A stretch of 64,000 bases of DNA from a virus (taxonomy: Duplodnaviria > Caudoviricetes). Each line of letters begins with the position of its first letter. The first letter of the stretch is position 1. Positions 38,012-47,804 of the stretch are shown one piece after another. The stretch spans positions 64,001 to 128,000 of the IMG/VR virus record IMGVR_UViG_3300043177_000122. One strand, 5' to 3'. The position numbers and the translations under genes are program-made. Below the pieces are notes generated by a model. The model had not been told where the DNA came from and did not search any database. It saw only the letters and a list, made by a program, of their open reading frames with translations.

Positions 38012-38368
38012 ATGAAGTGGTCAGAATTCAATTCTCTAATTTTGAGAAATCTTACAGAATAAAGTCTCTAATACTTATGGTCACTGTTATGTAGCAAGCG
38101 AAGCGGCTTACTATCTTCTTGGCGGTAAAGAAGAAGGTTGGAAGCCAATGCACATGAAGCATTTAGGATCATCTCATTGGTTTTTAAAACATGAGTCTGG
38201 ATATATCTTAGATTTAACTAGTAATCAATTCAAAGTACCACTAGACTATAATAAGGCACGTGGTGCCGCTTTTTGACCAAAGAATCTAGCAAAAGGGCAA
38301 AGAAACTTCTAATTCGCATCAAAGATTCTCGCGCCCTTGACACTCTTATTTCTAAGAATAGATTGTAA
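38012..38368 (+). pseudogene. Hypothetical gene with two frame breaks
   Basis: MKWSEF..NLTE*, then GHCYVASEAAYYLLGG...HWFL...DLT..QF...Y..ARG, and a -1 break in T5 (38270-38274) to FLTK.SSKRA. Confidence 0.6.
38337..38364 (+). promoter_or_regulatory. sigma70-like promoter of rIIA/B
   Basis: gcgccc-TTGACA-N16-TAGATT. Confidence 0.65.
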
Positions 38369-38420
38369 GGCGTGGTGCTCGGTGAGAGTGCGTTGGTAAA
38401 CCAGAGAGTTATATTGAATA

Positions 38421-40514
38421 ATGAAACTGTCCGAAGCTAAGCCGTATTTCGAATCTTCTGGAGAGATGCAAGAACATTTCTTTTCAATTCAAGATCAGGG
38501 TATGTTGTTCGACATCTTGCGTAGCAAGATGTACTCGAATCCGATCCTAGCAATTTGTCGTGAGATTACTAGTAATGCTCGCGATGCACATCGTGAAATT
38601 GGAATGGCTGATAAGCCAATTCATATCCATTTGCCATCTGGATTGGAGCCTCATTACAAGATTAAAGATTTTGGTCCAGGTATTAGTCCAGATCGAATGG
38701 TTAATATTTTCATCAAATATACCGCCTCCACCAAGCGTGAAGATAATGTTCAGACTGGTGGATTTGGTCTAGGAGCCAAGACTCCATTTTCATACTCTGA
38801 TACATTTCAGGTAACCACCGTTCATGATGGAACTCGGTACAGTTATGCTTGTTTGATTGATGATACCAAGGTTGGTAAATTGGTTCTTCTAGATCAGAGA
38901 GCAACCACAGAACCTAATAGTACGGAAATCTCCATTCCAGTCAAGCCAGTTGATTATAATCTTTTTAGGCAGTATACAGAGCAAGCATGTCGTCATTGGG
39001 ATGTTAAGCCAGTCATTACTGGCGGCAACATTGATTGGCAAAAGCTCAATAAGATTGCAGAGGGTCCTGGTTGGGCAATCACTGCCACTCATGATTATAA
39101 TCGTCATGCTAAGTTAGTCATTGACGGTATTGAGTACCCACTTCCCCTTGATGACCTTCGTAAGTATGCTGACCCCAAACTAATTGATTCTTGTCGAGGC
39201 GACTTCATTATGTACTTTGGCGTCGGTGAGCTTAGCTTATCTGCCACCCGAGAAAACATTTTCTTGGATAAACCAACCCATGATAAAATCAAAGCCAGAA
39301 TTGATCAAATCACTACAGAGTTTAGAAAAACAATTTCTGATAAGATTGATACGTTTCCGAATTTGTGGGCGGCTAACGTCTACTATTGTAAAGAACTGAC
39401 ATCTGTATTCAATAATTTACATTTCTTGGGTAAGTTGTACTGGAAGACCCATGAATTGCATAATGGGTATGTGAACGTTAAATGTGGACTGTTCGAATTT
39501 ACTAAAGGGAAGTATTCTCGTCGTCACGGTAATGACCCTAATAAACTAACTCGCTCTGGTCATGCTATTGGACCTCGCTCGCTTCACTTTGAAGAGAATG
39601 TAGAGTTGTGGCTGAATGACTTGCCTATCAAAGAGCCAACTCCTCGACATGTCAAAAAGGCTTTCGAGGATGACCCTAATTTGAAACGCATTCTTGTAAT
39701 TTGTCCCACTGACAAATATACTGAAGCGGATTTGAATAAGGATATTCATCTTGATGAGATGAAGCCAAAGAGGTTGTCGTCCATTACTAAGGCATCTGGC
39801 CGAGCCTATACTCCTCCGGCTTCTAGGTTGCTTGTTTTTAAATTTGATCTGACTGCTAGCTCTTTCCGCCAAGTGAGTTACGATAACATGGAGGAAGATA
39901 CAAACGACAAAGTTTTGTGTCTTTTAAGTCGTGATCAATCGTATGGGCGTTTGGCTACGCTTAGTAATAAACAAAATTTAAGCGTGTCAGCTTTCAAGTC
40001 TCTTTTGGAACAAAATCCCAAAATTTCTTTCTATGGAGTGGATAAAGAAACTGACCCCAAACGTCTAGAAGAAGAATTCAATGATTTCGAGACTTTGGAT
40101 AATTTTATTGATAAAAAGGTTTTCAATAATAAGTCAATCAATTATGTCGAGATTAAGTTCGCGCAACAACATACTTATTGTGTAGATGAGCGAATGCTTA
40201 AGCATTATGACGTATTAGCTCCGCTTATCACTGACAAGAGTAGTTCATTCCTAGTTCGATTAGAACTTCACAAAGTTATTAAAAAACTTAGTGGGAATGA
40301 CCGAAGCTTGTTAGATATCTACGAAGCGGCTAAGGGCGAGATTAAAGAAGTTGCTCTGAAACAATTCGTGAAAGATAACCCTAACTGGGACATTGAGAGT
40401 ATCAACCGAGCCTACGAAAAGAAGTATCCATTGTTGACTGCAATCAACACATATAATATGCATCAAGTACTTGATCATGTGGCTCATTATGTAAATATGG
40501 TCGATAAGATTTAA
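38421..40514 (+). CDS. rIIA: rIIA-like protein (N-terminal GHKL/Hsp90-like ATPase)
   Basis: LRSKMYSNP..AICREI.SNARDAH, IKDFGPGI, STK, GGFGLG.K.PF.YSD.F. Confidence 0.87.
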   Translation: MKLSEAKPYFESSGEMQEHFFSIQDQGMLFDILRSKMYSNPILAICREITSNARDAHREIGMADKPIHIHLPSGLEPHYKIKDFGPGISPDRMVNIFIKYTASTKREDNVQTGGFGLGAKTPFSYSDTFQVTTVHDGTRYSYACLIDDTKVGKLVLLDQRATTEPNSTEISIPVKPVDYNLFRQYTEQACRHWDVKPVITGGNIDWQKLNKIAEGPGWAITATHDYNRHAKLVIDGIEYPLPLDDLRKYADPKLIDSCRGDFIMYFGVGELSLSATRENIFLDKPTHDKIKARIDQITTEFRKTISDKIDTFPNLWAANVYYCKELTSVFNNLHFLGKLYWKTHELHNGYVNVKCGLFEFTKGKYSRRHGNDPNKLTRSGHAIGPRSLHFEENVELWLNDLPIKEPTPRHVKKAFEDDPNLKRILVICPTDKYTEADLNKDIHLDEMKPKRLSSITKASGRAYTPPASRLLVFKFDLTASSFRQVSYDNMEEDTNDKVLCLLSRDQSYGRLATLSNKQNLSVSAFKSLLEQNPKISFYGVDKETDPKRLEEEFNDFETLDNFIDKKVFNNKSINYVEIKFAQQHTYCVDERMLKHYDVLAPLITDKSSSFLVRLELHKVIKKLSGNDRSLLDIYEAAKGEIKEVALKQFVKDNPNWDIESINRAYEKKYPLLTAINTYNMHQVLDHVAHYVNMVDKI

Positions 40515-40526
40515 TAGGAGATAGAA

Positions 40527-41462
40527 ATGCAAAAGAGAGTTAATTGGGCGATTACCGATAATAACGTTTCGGTAAATTATGAAGGCGAATCACACATTGT
40601 GCCTCGTTCGGATGCTTTGGCCGATCGTTTGATCAAAGCAATTAAAGAGGGTCGTTTACAGGAGATTCCTGCTCTTGTTTCAGTCGCCAAACGTATCGAG
40701 ATTTTCTCGAAAGGTAACTTCAAGGTTGAGAATGGCCAGGTTTTGGTTAATGGTGTGGCCGTACCTCATGCGTTAAGCAACAAAATCATTCGTTTCTCGA
40801 ATGATGGTCTTCCATTTCAGCCATTGGTTAAGTTTGCGGAGAATCTACAGAAGAATCCTTCTTTCCGAGCTGTAAACGAATTGTTTACATTCTTGGAGAA
40901 GAATGACCACCCTATCACAGAAAACGGAAACTTCATTGCTTATAAGCGTGTTCGTTCTACGTTCAAGGATATCCACTCCAATACTATGGATAATTCTGTA
41001 GGTAAGACTGTGGAAATTCCTCGCAATCAAGTAGATGAAGACTCTAGCCGTACTTGTAGTTATGGTCTACATGTTGCTAATTGGGACTATGCTCACTTGC
41101 ATTTTGCTAGTTCAGACTCTGCCTCTGACGTTATGTTAGAAGTTGAAGTCAATCCTGCTGATGTTGTTGCTATCCCTATCGATTACAACAACTCCAAAAT
41201 GCGCGTTTGCAAGTACAAGGTTCTAGGAGTTGTCACGACTCCATACGAGCCAAGCCGGATGCTTCGAGTGGTTGATGAGTCATATGACCCTTCCAGTGAA
41301 TATGAGGATCTCTCAGAAGATGAGGATTGCGAATATTGTGGCGAAGAGGTATATGATGGTGACCGCCTCTGTACTGAATGTAAGTACGATGAGGGATCTG
41401 ATGAAGACGAGGATGATGTCGAAGAAGATCGTTATCCTTACGAAGACGAAATTGAGGGCTAA
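40527..41462 (+). CDS. rIIB: rIIB-like protein with acidic tail
   Basis: AYKRV, DIHS.T.DNS.G, PRNQVDED..RTCSYGLHV, VNPADVV.IP.DY...KMRVCKY. Confidence 0.87.
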   Translation: MQKRVNWAITDNNVSVNYEGESHIVPRSDALADRLIKAIKEGRLQEIPALVSVAKRIEIFSKGNFKVENGQVLVNGVAVPHALSNKIIRFSNDGLPFQPLVKFAENLQKNPSFRAVNELFTFLEKNDHPITENGNFIAYKRVRSTFKDIHSNTMDNSVGKTVEIPRNQVDEDSSRTCSYGLHVANWDYAHLHFASSDSASDVMLEVEVNPADVVAIPIDYNNSKMRVCKYKVLGVVTTPYEPSRMLRVVDESYDPSSEYEDLSEDEDCEYCGEEVYDGDRLCTECKYDEGSDEDEDDVEEDRYPYEDEIEG

Positions 41463-42598
41463 TGCCAAATATCGCAATCCTTGGAGCAATGTGGGGAGAC
41501 GAGGGTAAAGGACACATTACCCATCGTCTTTCCCGTGGCTATGACTGGGTTATTCGTTTCAACGGTGGGGCCAATGCTGGTCACACCATCTACCGTGATG
41601 GAGTAAAGTTTGTTCATAACCTTCTGCCATCAGTAGACTTTAGGTATTCTAATGTCAAGGCATACTTGGGCTCAGGTATGGTTATTGATTTAGAAAAGCT
41701 TAGAGATGAGGTAGTAGAAGCTACTAAAACATATCCTGGGGTTGGATTAAGAATATTTGTCGACAATGATGCTTTTATTGTTGAAGCCAAACACAAAGAA
41801 GATAAAATATCTAATGGTCATATTGGCTCAACCAACAGGGGCATTGGGCCGGCTTACAAAGATAAAATCTCACGCTCAGGGAAAAGAGTTGGTGATTTGA
41901 TTTTTGGTGATGATGGTTTGGTAAATGAATACTATTCTATCATGAATGAGTTAATGGGTTTGGGCGTTACTTTTACAACTGTTTTGCAAATGGAAAAGCA
42001 TTTCCAGGTGAGTAAGCTTTTGTTTGAAGGTGCCCAGGGTGTACTCCTTGATATTAACCATGGCATATATCCTTATGTTAGTTGTAGTGATGCCACTATT
42101 GGAGGAATTATTGCCTCAGGATTTGCTTTTGCTAAATTAGATAAAGTTTATGGTGTAGCTAAGTGTTATACTACTAAGGTTGGTGAAGGTCCATTTCCTA
42201 CTGAAATTCATGGAGAATCGGCCAACGACTTGAGAAAAATAGGTAACGAGTTTGGCGCAACTACTGGCCGCCCGAGACGTGTTGGTTGGTTAGATTTACC
42301 GGCACTGCAATATGCTGTCAAGAAAGGTGGAATTACACATCTTATTCTTACTAAGTTTGATATTCTAAATGGCTTATCACAAGTTCCAATTTGTCTAAGT
42401 TATGAGTATCCTATTACCCGTGGTTATGATTTCTTTGATGCTCGCCCACAAATTACAACAATGCCTGGTTGGTCCGACGCAAAACAACCAAATCAACTTG
42501 AAACTTTCATCAAGTTGATTGAGTCTGTCGTTAATGTTCCGGTTGAATACATTTCTTGCGGCACTGACGAGTCAGATATAATAGATTGGGCGGCCTGA
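41462..42598 (+). CDS. purA: Adenylosuccinate synthetase
   Basis: WGDEGKG, GGANAGHT, RGIGPAY.DK, FEGAQG, GATTGRPRRVGWLD. Confidence 0.92.
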   Translation: MPNIAILGAMWGDEGKGHITHRLSRGYDWVIRFNGGANAGHTIYRDGVKFVHNLLPSVDFRYSNVKAYLGSGMVIDLEKLRDEVVEATKTYPGVGLRIFVDNDAFIVEAKHKEDKISNGHIGSTNRGIGPAYKDKISRSGKRVGDLIFGDDGLVNEYYSIMNELMGLGVTFTTVLQMEKHFQVSKLLFEGAQGVLLDINHGIYPYVSCSDATIGGIIASGFAFAKLDKVYGVAKCYTTKVGEGPFPTEIHGESANDLRKIGNEFGATTGRPRRVGWLDLPALQYAVKKGGITHLILTKFDILNGLSQVPICLSYEYPITRGYDFFDARPQITTMPGWSDAKQPNQLETFIKLIESVVNVPVEYISCGTDESDIIDWAA

Positions 42599-42610
42599 TA
42601 TAAATCAGAT

Positions 42611-43639
42611 ATGTTTATACTTGATAAAGTAGACCTTCAATTCAGGCTGATGGCCGATAAATTATTCTTTACTGATAATACAGATTTAGATTTATCCAAT
42701 TTCAAATCTTTATTTGAGAGTAATGAGTTTCATTATAATTACTTACTAGATCGATTTCATCGTAGCTTAGAGATATTTTGGGATGAAAATTTTTGGATTG
42801 ATCGTTTGGATACGCTTCTATCTTTGAATTCCAAACGACTTGATTCTGAAGTTGGTCAAATTCTACTATCTAGATTTAAAAGGATGATTGATATTCGTAT
42901 CAATCCAACTCCGAAAATAGATAGTGAATTTGTCCAATTTAATGCTTGGACCAAAGTTCGTGTCGCTAGAAAAGAAGAAATTATCTCCATCAGGGATTTT
43001 TTTACTAACCTAGTATATACTGTTAAAGTTGGTAAGCTAACTAATATCATTGGTCATTTTATTCCTCATTTGTTCCAAAATATGGAGGAGTATCTTTGTT
43101 TATTGGGCAAGAGGGTGGCTGAATCTGCTCGTAGCTTTGAAGTACTTCAGCAATTGGAGGGCCAAGGCATAACAATTGATAAAGCTCCCCTTTTTAAACT
43201 ATCTAAAAACTTGCTCTTAAAAAGAGCTTTGAATAAACCAAATAAGCGTTCACTTTTTGTTTTAATGAGCGATCCCGCTATTATGGATCATCTCAAATCA
43301 GAGTATAGCTCAAATGATCGTGGTAGGCTTATTGCCATTATTAAATCTTGTGAGCACAAAGATATTGAAGAGAATCACTTACGAAATGTGAAAAATCTAT
43401 TAGAGTTAGATCCTTCAATTGCTGATGAGTTATTTGTTATTTATGCTAACAAATTATGGGCTCGTGGCACAGGTAATCGTGGAGCTAATGTGAAAAAACT
43501 TGTTAGACTTTGCAAAACATTTCCTATTTTCTCTCCAAAAAAAGCATTAGTTTATCTTTCTACTACAGGCAAAATGGCTGACATCAAAACTCTGATAACG
43601 GCATTTCCTGAACTAAAAACATTGGCCCCATTCATATGA
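42611..43639 (+). CDS. Hypothetical helical protein; C-terminal ELKTLAPFI motif
   Basis: 342-aa AT-rich ORF. Confidence 0.55.
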   Translation: MFILDKVDLQFRLMADKLFFTDNTDLDLSNFKSLFESNEFHYNYLLDRFHRSLEIFWDENFWIDRLDTLLSLNSKRLDSEVGQILLSRFKRMIDIRINPTPKIDSEFVQFNAWTKVRVARKEEIISIRDFFTNLVYTVKVGKLTNIIGHFIPHLFQNMEEYLCLLGKRVAESARSFEVLQQLEGQGITIDKAPLFKLSKNLLLKRALNKPNKRSLFVLMSDPAIMDHLKSEYSSNDRGRLIAIIKSCEHKDIEENHLRNVKNLLELDPSIADELFVIYANKLWARGTGNRGANVKKLVRLCKTFPIFSPKKALVYLSTTGKMADIKTLITAFPELKTLAPFI

Positions 43640-43830
43640 TTTGGAATGAACTACCATATGAGCTACAACAAAAAGTTATCAATAGAATTGTAACATTATT
43701 AGAACATGAAGACGATGATTTGATGCAAGATGGTCTGATTGCCGCAGTTCATGAATTGGAAGTGTGGAGTAATACTCCTTGTGAAATAATGGGAGAATAT
43801 GGTTTCCCAGAAAAGGATCCCTTCAAATGA
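43636..43830 (+). CDS. Small hypothetical protein
   Basis: ATGA overlaps on both sides. Confidence 0.45.
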   Translation: MIWNELPYELQQKVINRIVTLLEHEDDDLMQDGLIAAVHELEVWSNTPCEIMGEYGFPEKDPFK

Positions 43831-44162
43831 TATTAGTAACAGAGAAGGCCGCTCTTAAAATCAAAGATATTTCAGATTCGGAAGGAATTGGACACTATAA
43901 TGTTCGCATTCGAGTTGTAGGTGGTGGTTGTGCCGGATTCACTCACGATATGTACTTTGAAGAGAAGATAAATGACATGGATGAAGTAGTAGAATTAACC
44001 GACTTCTACGGCACTATTAAAGTGGTCGTAGATCCAGTTTCTTTTCAATATTTAGAAAATGTAACAATAGATTGGGAAGATAGAGATTTTGCGTCAGGCT
44101 TTAGATTTATTAATCCTAATGTTACAGGCTCTTGCGGTTGTGGTAGCTCTGTGTCGTTTTAA
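43827..44162 (+). CDS. A-type Fe-S carrier (IscA/ErpA/HesB) #1
   Basis: VVGGGCAG, F.F.NPN...SCGCGSS. Confidence 0.9.
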   Translation: MILVTEKAALKIKDISDSEGIGHYNVRIRVVGGGCAGFTHDMYFEEKINDMDEVVELTDFYGTIKVVVDPVSFQYLENVTIDWEDRDFASGFRFINPNVTGSCGCGSSVSF

Positions 44163-44170
44163 GGTTAGTT

Positions 44171-44482
44171 ATGGAGAATTTAGAAGAAGCATTATCTTGG
44201 TTGAAAAATACTGATAATCACCATGCGTTTGCCAGTAATCGTTTTGATAGTAATAGTGATGCTATTGAATTTGTAGAGACACTTTATGCTGCTGGTGCAA
44301 CTAAAGTTGAAATAGAAGTTGATGATTATCGAGATGACGATTACGCAGACACAATCTATATTACTTTGCCTGATGATCTTCATAAGCGCCTAGATATTGT
44401 TCCTATAGTTTTCAGATATAGACCAGATGAATTTGATGATGATTGGAATGGTACAGAACCAATTAGATTATGGTGGGATTAA
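44171..44482 (+). CDS. Acidic hypothetical protein
   Basis: Clean ORF ending IRLWWD. Confidence 0.55.
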   Translation: MENLEEALSWLKNTDNHHAFASNRFDSNSDAIEFVETLYAAGATKVEIEVDDYRDDDYADTIYITLPDDLHKRLDIVPIVFRYRPDEFDDDWNGTEPIRLWWD

Positions 44483-44485
44483 ATT

Positions 44486-44809
44486 ATGGTAATTGTGGTT
44501 CCGCAAATGCAAAATCAAAAAAACATGTGATGGCTCTTTCGTTCGCATTCCATCTGAAAAACTAAAGAATGGCGTAAAAGTATTTGGTCCAAAATCTTTG
44601 GCTACAAAGAGCGTCCCGAACCAACTGATGAAGAACTTATAAAAATGCATGAGGGCAGCGGCACTCCAGGACTGATTTGGTTTCCAGAAACTTTCTGGAT
44701 TGACTATAGGTATGAGAAAAATATAGAAGTTGCCCATCGCCTACTCAATGCAGCCTCATATGCAGATGAGGTGGCCGTCTCTACACAAGATTTAGAAAGA
44801 TTGATATGA
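44486..44809 (+). pseudogene. Frameshifted hypothetical gene
   Basis: Coherent C-terminal frame (KEWRKSIWSKIFGY...AHRLLNAASYADEV) reachable only through A-run shifts. Confidence 0.45.
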
Positions 44810-45120
44810 ATTCTTGGTCGTTAGCAGAAGCTTTGGTTTTTGCTAATTCATTTCGTGAATTCTTAATACCACTAGGTTTTGATATTGCTTTAACCAGAAG
44901 TGTTCTGACTAAAGGTTTCAGCGAAAAGGATATAGATATAATAATCTATCCTTTAAAGAAGATATCATCTAACTACACTAAACTATTAGAAGAGCTTCCT
45001 AAATTTGGTTTGAAATATATCCGACTTCCTAATCATAATAAAGGTTATCAGGATGATGGAAAGAATGTTCAAGTTTGGGAATACAAAAATAAACGTGCAG
45101 ATTTATTCTTTTGGAGTTAA
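44806..45120 (+). CDS. Minimal nucleotidyltransferase-like protein (GS motif altered to RS)
   Basis: IALTRSVL.KG.SEKDIDII. Confidence 0.45.
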   Translation: MNSWSLAEALVFANSFREFLIPLGFDIALTRSVLTKGFSEKDIDIIIYPLKKISSNYTKLLEELPKFGLKYIRLPNHNKGYQDDGKNVQVWEYKNKRADLFFWS

Positions 45121-45122
45121 CT

Positions 45123-46235
45123 ATGAATAAGCATCCTGTACTAGATTTAATTGTGAAAAAGAGTCCGCACCTAAGCTGGATTCAAGATAACACCGCGCTA
45201 TTAGTGCGTCATGGCTCTCATGCTTATGGCACTAACACTCCCTCTTCTGACGAAGACTTTAAGGGCATTGCAATCCCTACTAAGAAGTATTTCTTGGGCA
45301 CTATGCATCGTTTTGAGCAAGCCGAATTAAAAGCGCCTGATCCTGATGCTGTCATCTATGACATTAGGAAGTTTTTCAATTTGGCCGCTGATTGTAATCC
45401 TAACATCATTGAGGTATTGCATACTGATCCGTCTGACCATTTTCTTGTAAGCCCTATTGGTGAAGAAATTCTGGCTCATAAGGACGATTTTCTTTCCAAG
45501 AAGATCAAGTTTACCTTTATGGGTTATTCAGTAGCTCAACTTAAGAGAATCAAGACTCATAAGCGATGGATTATGAATCCACCCAAAGAACCACCAACGA
45601 GAGCTAGTTTGGGTTTACCTGAACAAACTTTGATTCCTGCTGACCAGTTAATGGCAGCCCAAGCCGAAGTGCAAAAAGAATTGGATAGATTCCAGTTTGA
45701 TTTCATGGAAGGTATGGAAGAGTCTGCTAAGGTCGGTTTGCGCAGTACGGTCTCAGAGATGTTAGCGGAATTGAAAATTACTTCCGATCAGCACTGGGAG
45801 GCTGCCGCTCGTAAGATTGGGTTAAGTGATAACCTAATTCTTGTTATGCAACGAGAACGCGAGTATGCTGGCGCCAAACGAGAATGGGACCAATATCAGA
45901 ATTGGAAGAAGACCCGTAACCCAGCTAGGGCCGCTTTGGAAGAAAAGTCTGGTTATGATACCAAACATGCTTATCATTTAGTTAGACTGATTCGTATGTG
46001 CCGCGAAATTCTAACTACTGGCAAGGTTTTAGTAAAACGACCTGACAGAGAAGAGTTGCTCACTATTCGTAATGGAGCTTGGTCGTATGAACAGTTGATT
46101 GAATTCGCTGACCGAGAGGAAAGAGAATTAAATGAATTGTATAATACTACCACAATCCTTCCTAAGATGCCTGATAAAGATAAACTAGATCAGTTGTGTA
46201 TTCGATTGGTTGAGCGCTCTTTGTCTGGTGTATAA
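45123..46235 (+). CDS. Pol-beta superfamily nucleotidyltransferase (RlaP/NrdC.11-like)
   Basis: GSHAYG.NT.SSDEDFKG, YDIRKF..L...NPN..E.L, GYDTKHAYHLVRL. Confidence 0.85.
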   Translation: MNKHPVLDLIVKKSPHLSWIQDNTALLVRHGSHAYGTNTPSSDEDFKGIAIPTKKYFLGTMHRFEQAELKAPDPDAVIYDIRKFFNLAADCNPNIIEVLHTDPSDHFLVSPIGEEILAHKDDFLSKKIKFTFMGYSVAQLKRIKTHKRWIMNPPKEPPTRASLGLPEQTLIPADQLMAAQAEVQKELDRFQFDFMEGMEESAKVGLRSTVSEMLAELKITSDQHWEAAARKIGLSDNLILVMQREREYAGAKREWDQYQNWKKTRNPARAALEEKSGYDTKHAYHLVRLIRMCREILTTGKVLVKRPDREELLTIRNGAWSYEQLIEFADREERELNELYNTTTILPKMPDKDKLDQLCIRLVERSLSGV

Positions 46236-46253
46236 TTTCGTATCTAAGTACAT

Positions 46254-46601
46254 ATGGAAACCGAGAAAACTAATCACATTTCTATCTCATTTGCTGCTGC
46301 TGAACAAGTTAAGTTGCAACTTGAAAAGCGAGCAACTCCAGAGTCTTATATAAGGCTTGGAATTAAGGGTGGTGGTTGTTCTGGATTTTCATACGTACTT
46401 AGATTCGAGGATGATTCTCCAAAAGACCGCGATGTTGTGTTTGAACAATATGGTGTTAAAATTGTAGTTGATAAAAAGAGCTTAGTTTATCTTAACGGAG
46501 CCACACTAGATTGGGAGAAGACACTGATGAAACAAGGTTTCAAATTTGTTAATCCAAACGAAAAAGCTAGTTGTGGTTGCGGTCACTCTTTTACAGTCTA
46601 A
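46254..46601 (+). CDS. A-type Fe-S carrier (IscA/HesB) #2
   Basis: IKGGGCSG, GFKF.NPN...SCGCGHSF. Confidence 0.92.
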   Translation: METEKTNHISISFAAAEQVKLQLEKRATPESYIRLGIKGGGCSGFSYVLRFEDDSPKDRDVVFEQYGVKIVVDKKSLVYLNGATLDWEKTLMKQGFKFVNPNEKASCGCGHSFTV

Positions 46602-46614
46602 TAAAGGAATACAT

Positions 46615-46839
46615 ATGATTCACGGAATCTACTTGAGAAGCACGCCAAAAACCAAGTGGCTTTTGGTATCTCAGACCATTTCGCCAGAGATGGCCCATAT
46701 GGAAGTTGAAGCACTCAAAAAGCAGGCGGCCGAAGATGGTTTTGATCGTGCTGAAGTGGCTATTCAAACTTTTGATTCCGCTTTCTATATTCCAGAAACA
46801 TTAGTTGAACTCAAGGAACGGGAAATTCTGTTTAATTAA
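46615..46839 (+). CDS. Hypothetical protein
   Basis: AAGGA RBS before ATG 46615. Confidence 0.45.
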   Translation: MIHGIYLRSTPKTKWLLVSQTISPEMAHMEVEALKKQAAEDGFDRAEVAIQTFDSAFYIPETLVELKEREILFN

Positions 46840-46841
46840 TC

Positions 46842-47765
46842 ATGAGTAAATTTGAAGATCTTCTTTATCAATTAGAAGAGGATAGTATAACTAAGAAGCA
46901 AATAGATCGTTTTGTATCATTCTTTAAGAATGACAATCTCTATAAGCCATTATTTGATAGTTACGTTTCACGGCGGCTACACAATAATATCCACCCTGAA
47001 CGACTATTAAATATGGCTTACAATATGGAAAAACACGAAACTACAAAATATCTTAGTGAGGCAATCAATGACCGGATAGCTGATAGTATAATTCTTAAAG
47101 ACGAGAATTATGATCAGTTTTATTTTATGTATCGACACGATACTCGTGATGAGTATCACATATTCAAAACTTTATTATCTAAACTAGGAGATCGTTTAGA
47201 TGATAATGTTATTAAAGTAATAAACACAATTGCTCCTATTATTAAACGAGACAAATTTGATTTGATGATTGAAGCTTTGGGGACTTTTGAATTTGGAAAT
47301 TTTCGAACCATACTATTTATGGATCGACTTTCGGCTGAAGAGCAATATTTATTAGTATCCAAAGCTTTAGAGAAAGAAAGTATTGCCGGTCTTCGTATGC
47401 TTAGATTGTCTAACAATAACCTAAAAAACGAAATACAGAAAAAAGTTGATAACGATGGAGACAAAAGTATTTTTGCCACAGCACTTAAGAATACTCTCAT
47501 TCCAATTGATACGTTAGAGGGCAATGAGTTTATAAATTTTGTTATTTCTATGTATGGAGATAAGATGCCTGCTACATTAGGTAGATTATATGTGCGGGCA
47601 GAAAAAGAGAATAGATATGAATATCTAATTACTCTTGGGAAACATAAAAATAAGAAAGATGTATTACGGACTATTTGTAAGGCCAATGATAAAAAGCTGA
47701 TTGATCGTTTCTTTTCCATCTATAAGAATAGTCCAGAGGTCAAACATCTAGTTCCTTTCTTGTGA
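46842..47765 (+). CDS. Hypothetical helical protein; C-terminal EVKHLVPFL motif
   Basis: 307-aa AT-rich ORF. Confidence 0.55.
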   Translation: MSKFEDLLYQLEEDSITKKQIDRFVSFFKNDNLYKPLFDSYVSRRLHNNIHPERLLNMAYNMEKHETTKYLSEAINDRIADSIILKDENYDQFYFMYRHDTRDEYHIFKTLLSKLGDRLDDNVIKVINTIAPIIKRDKFDLMIEALGTFEFGNFRTILFMDRLSAEEQYLLVSKALEKESIAGLRMLRLSNNNLKNEIQKKVDNDGDKSIFATALKNTLIPIDTLEGNEFINFVISMYGDKMPATLGRLYVRAEKENRYEYLITLGKHKNKKDVLRTICKANDKKLIDRFFSIYKNSPEVKHLVPFL

Positions 47766-47804
47766 GATATCTGTTATATAGTCATGTGATATCCTAAGGG
47801 AAAC

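Noticed and set aside
41462-42598. PurZ / 2-aminoadenine (Z) genome
   Set aside because: The catalytic Asp is retained (GDEGKG, not the Ser of PurZ) and TTGRPRR is canonical; no dATPase/MazZ neighbours recognised.
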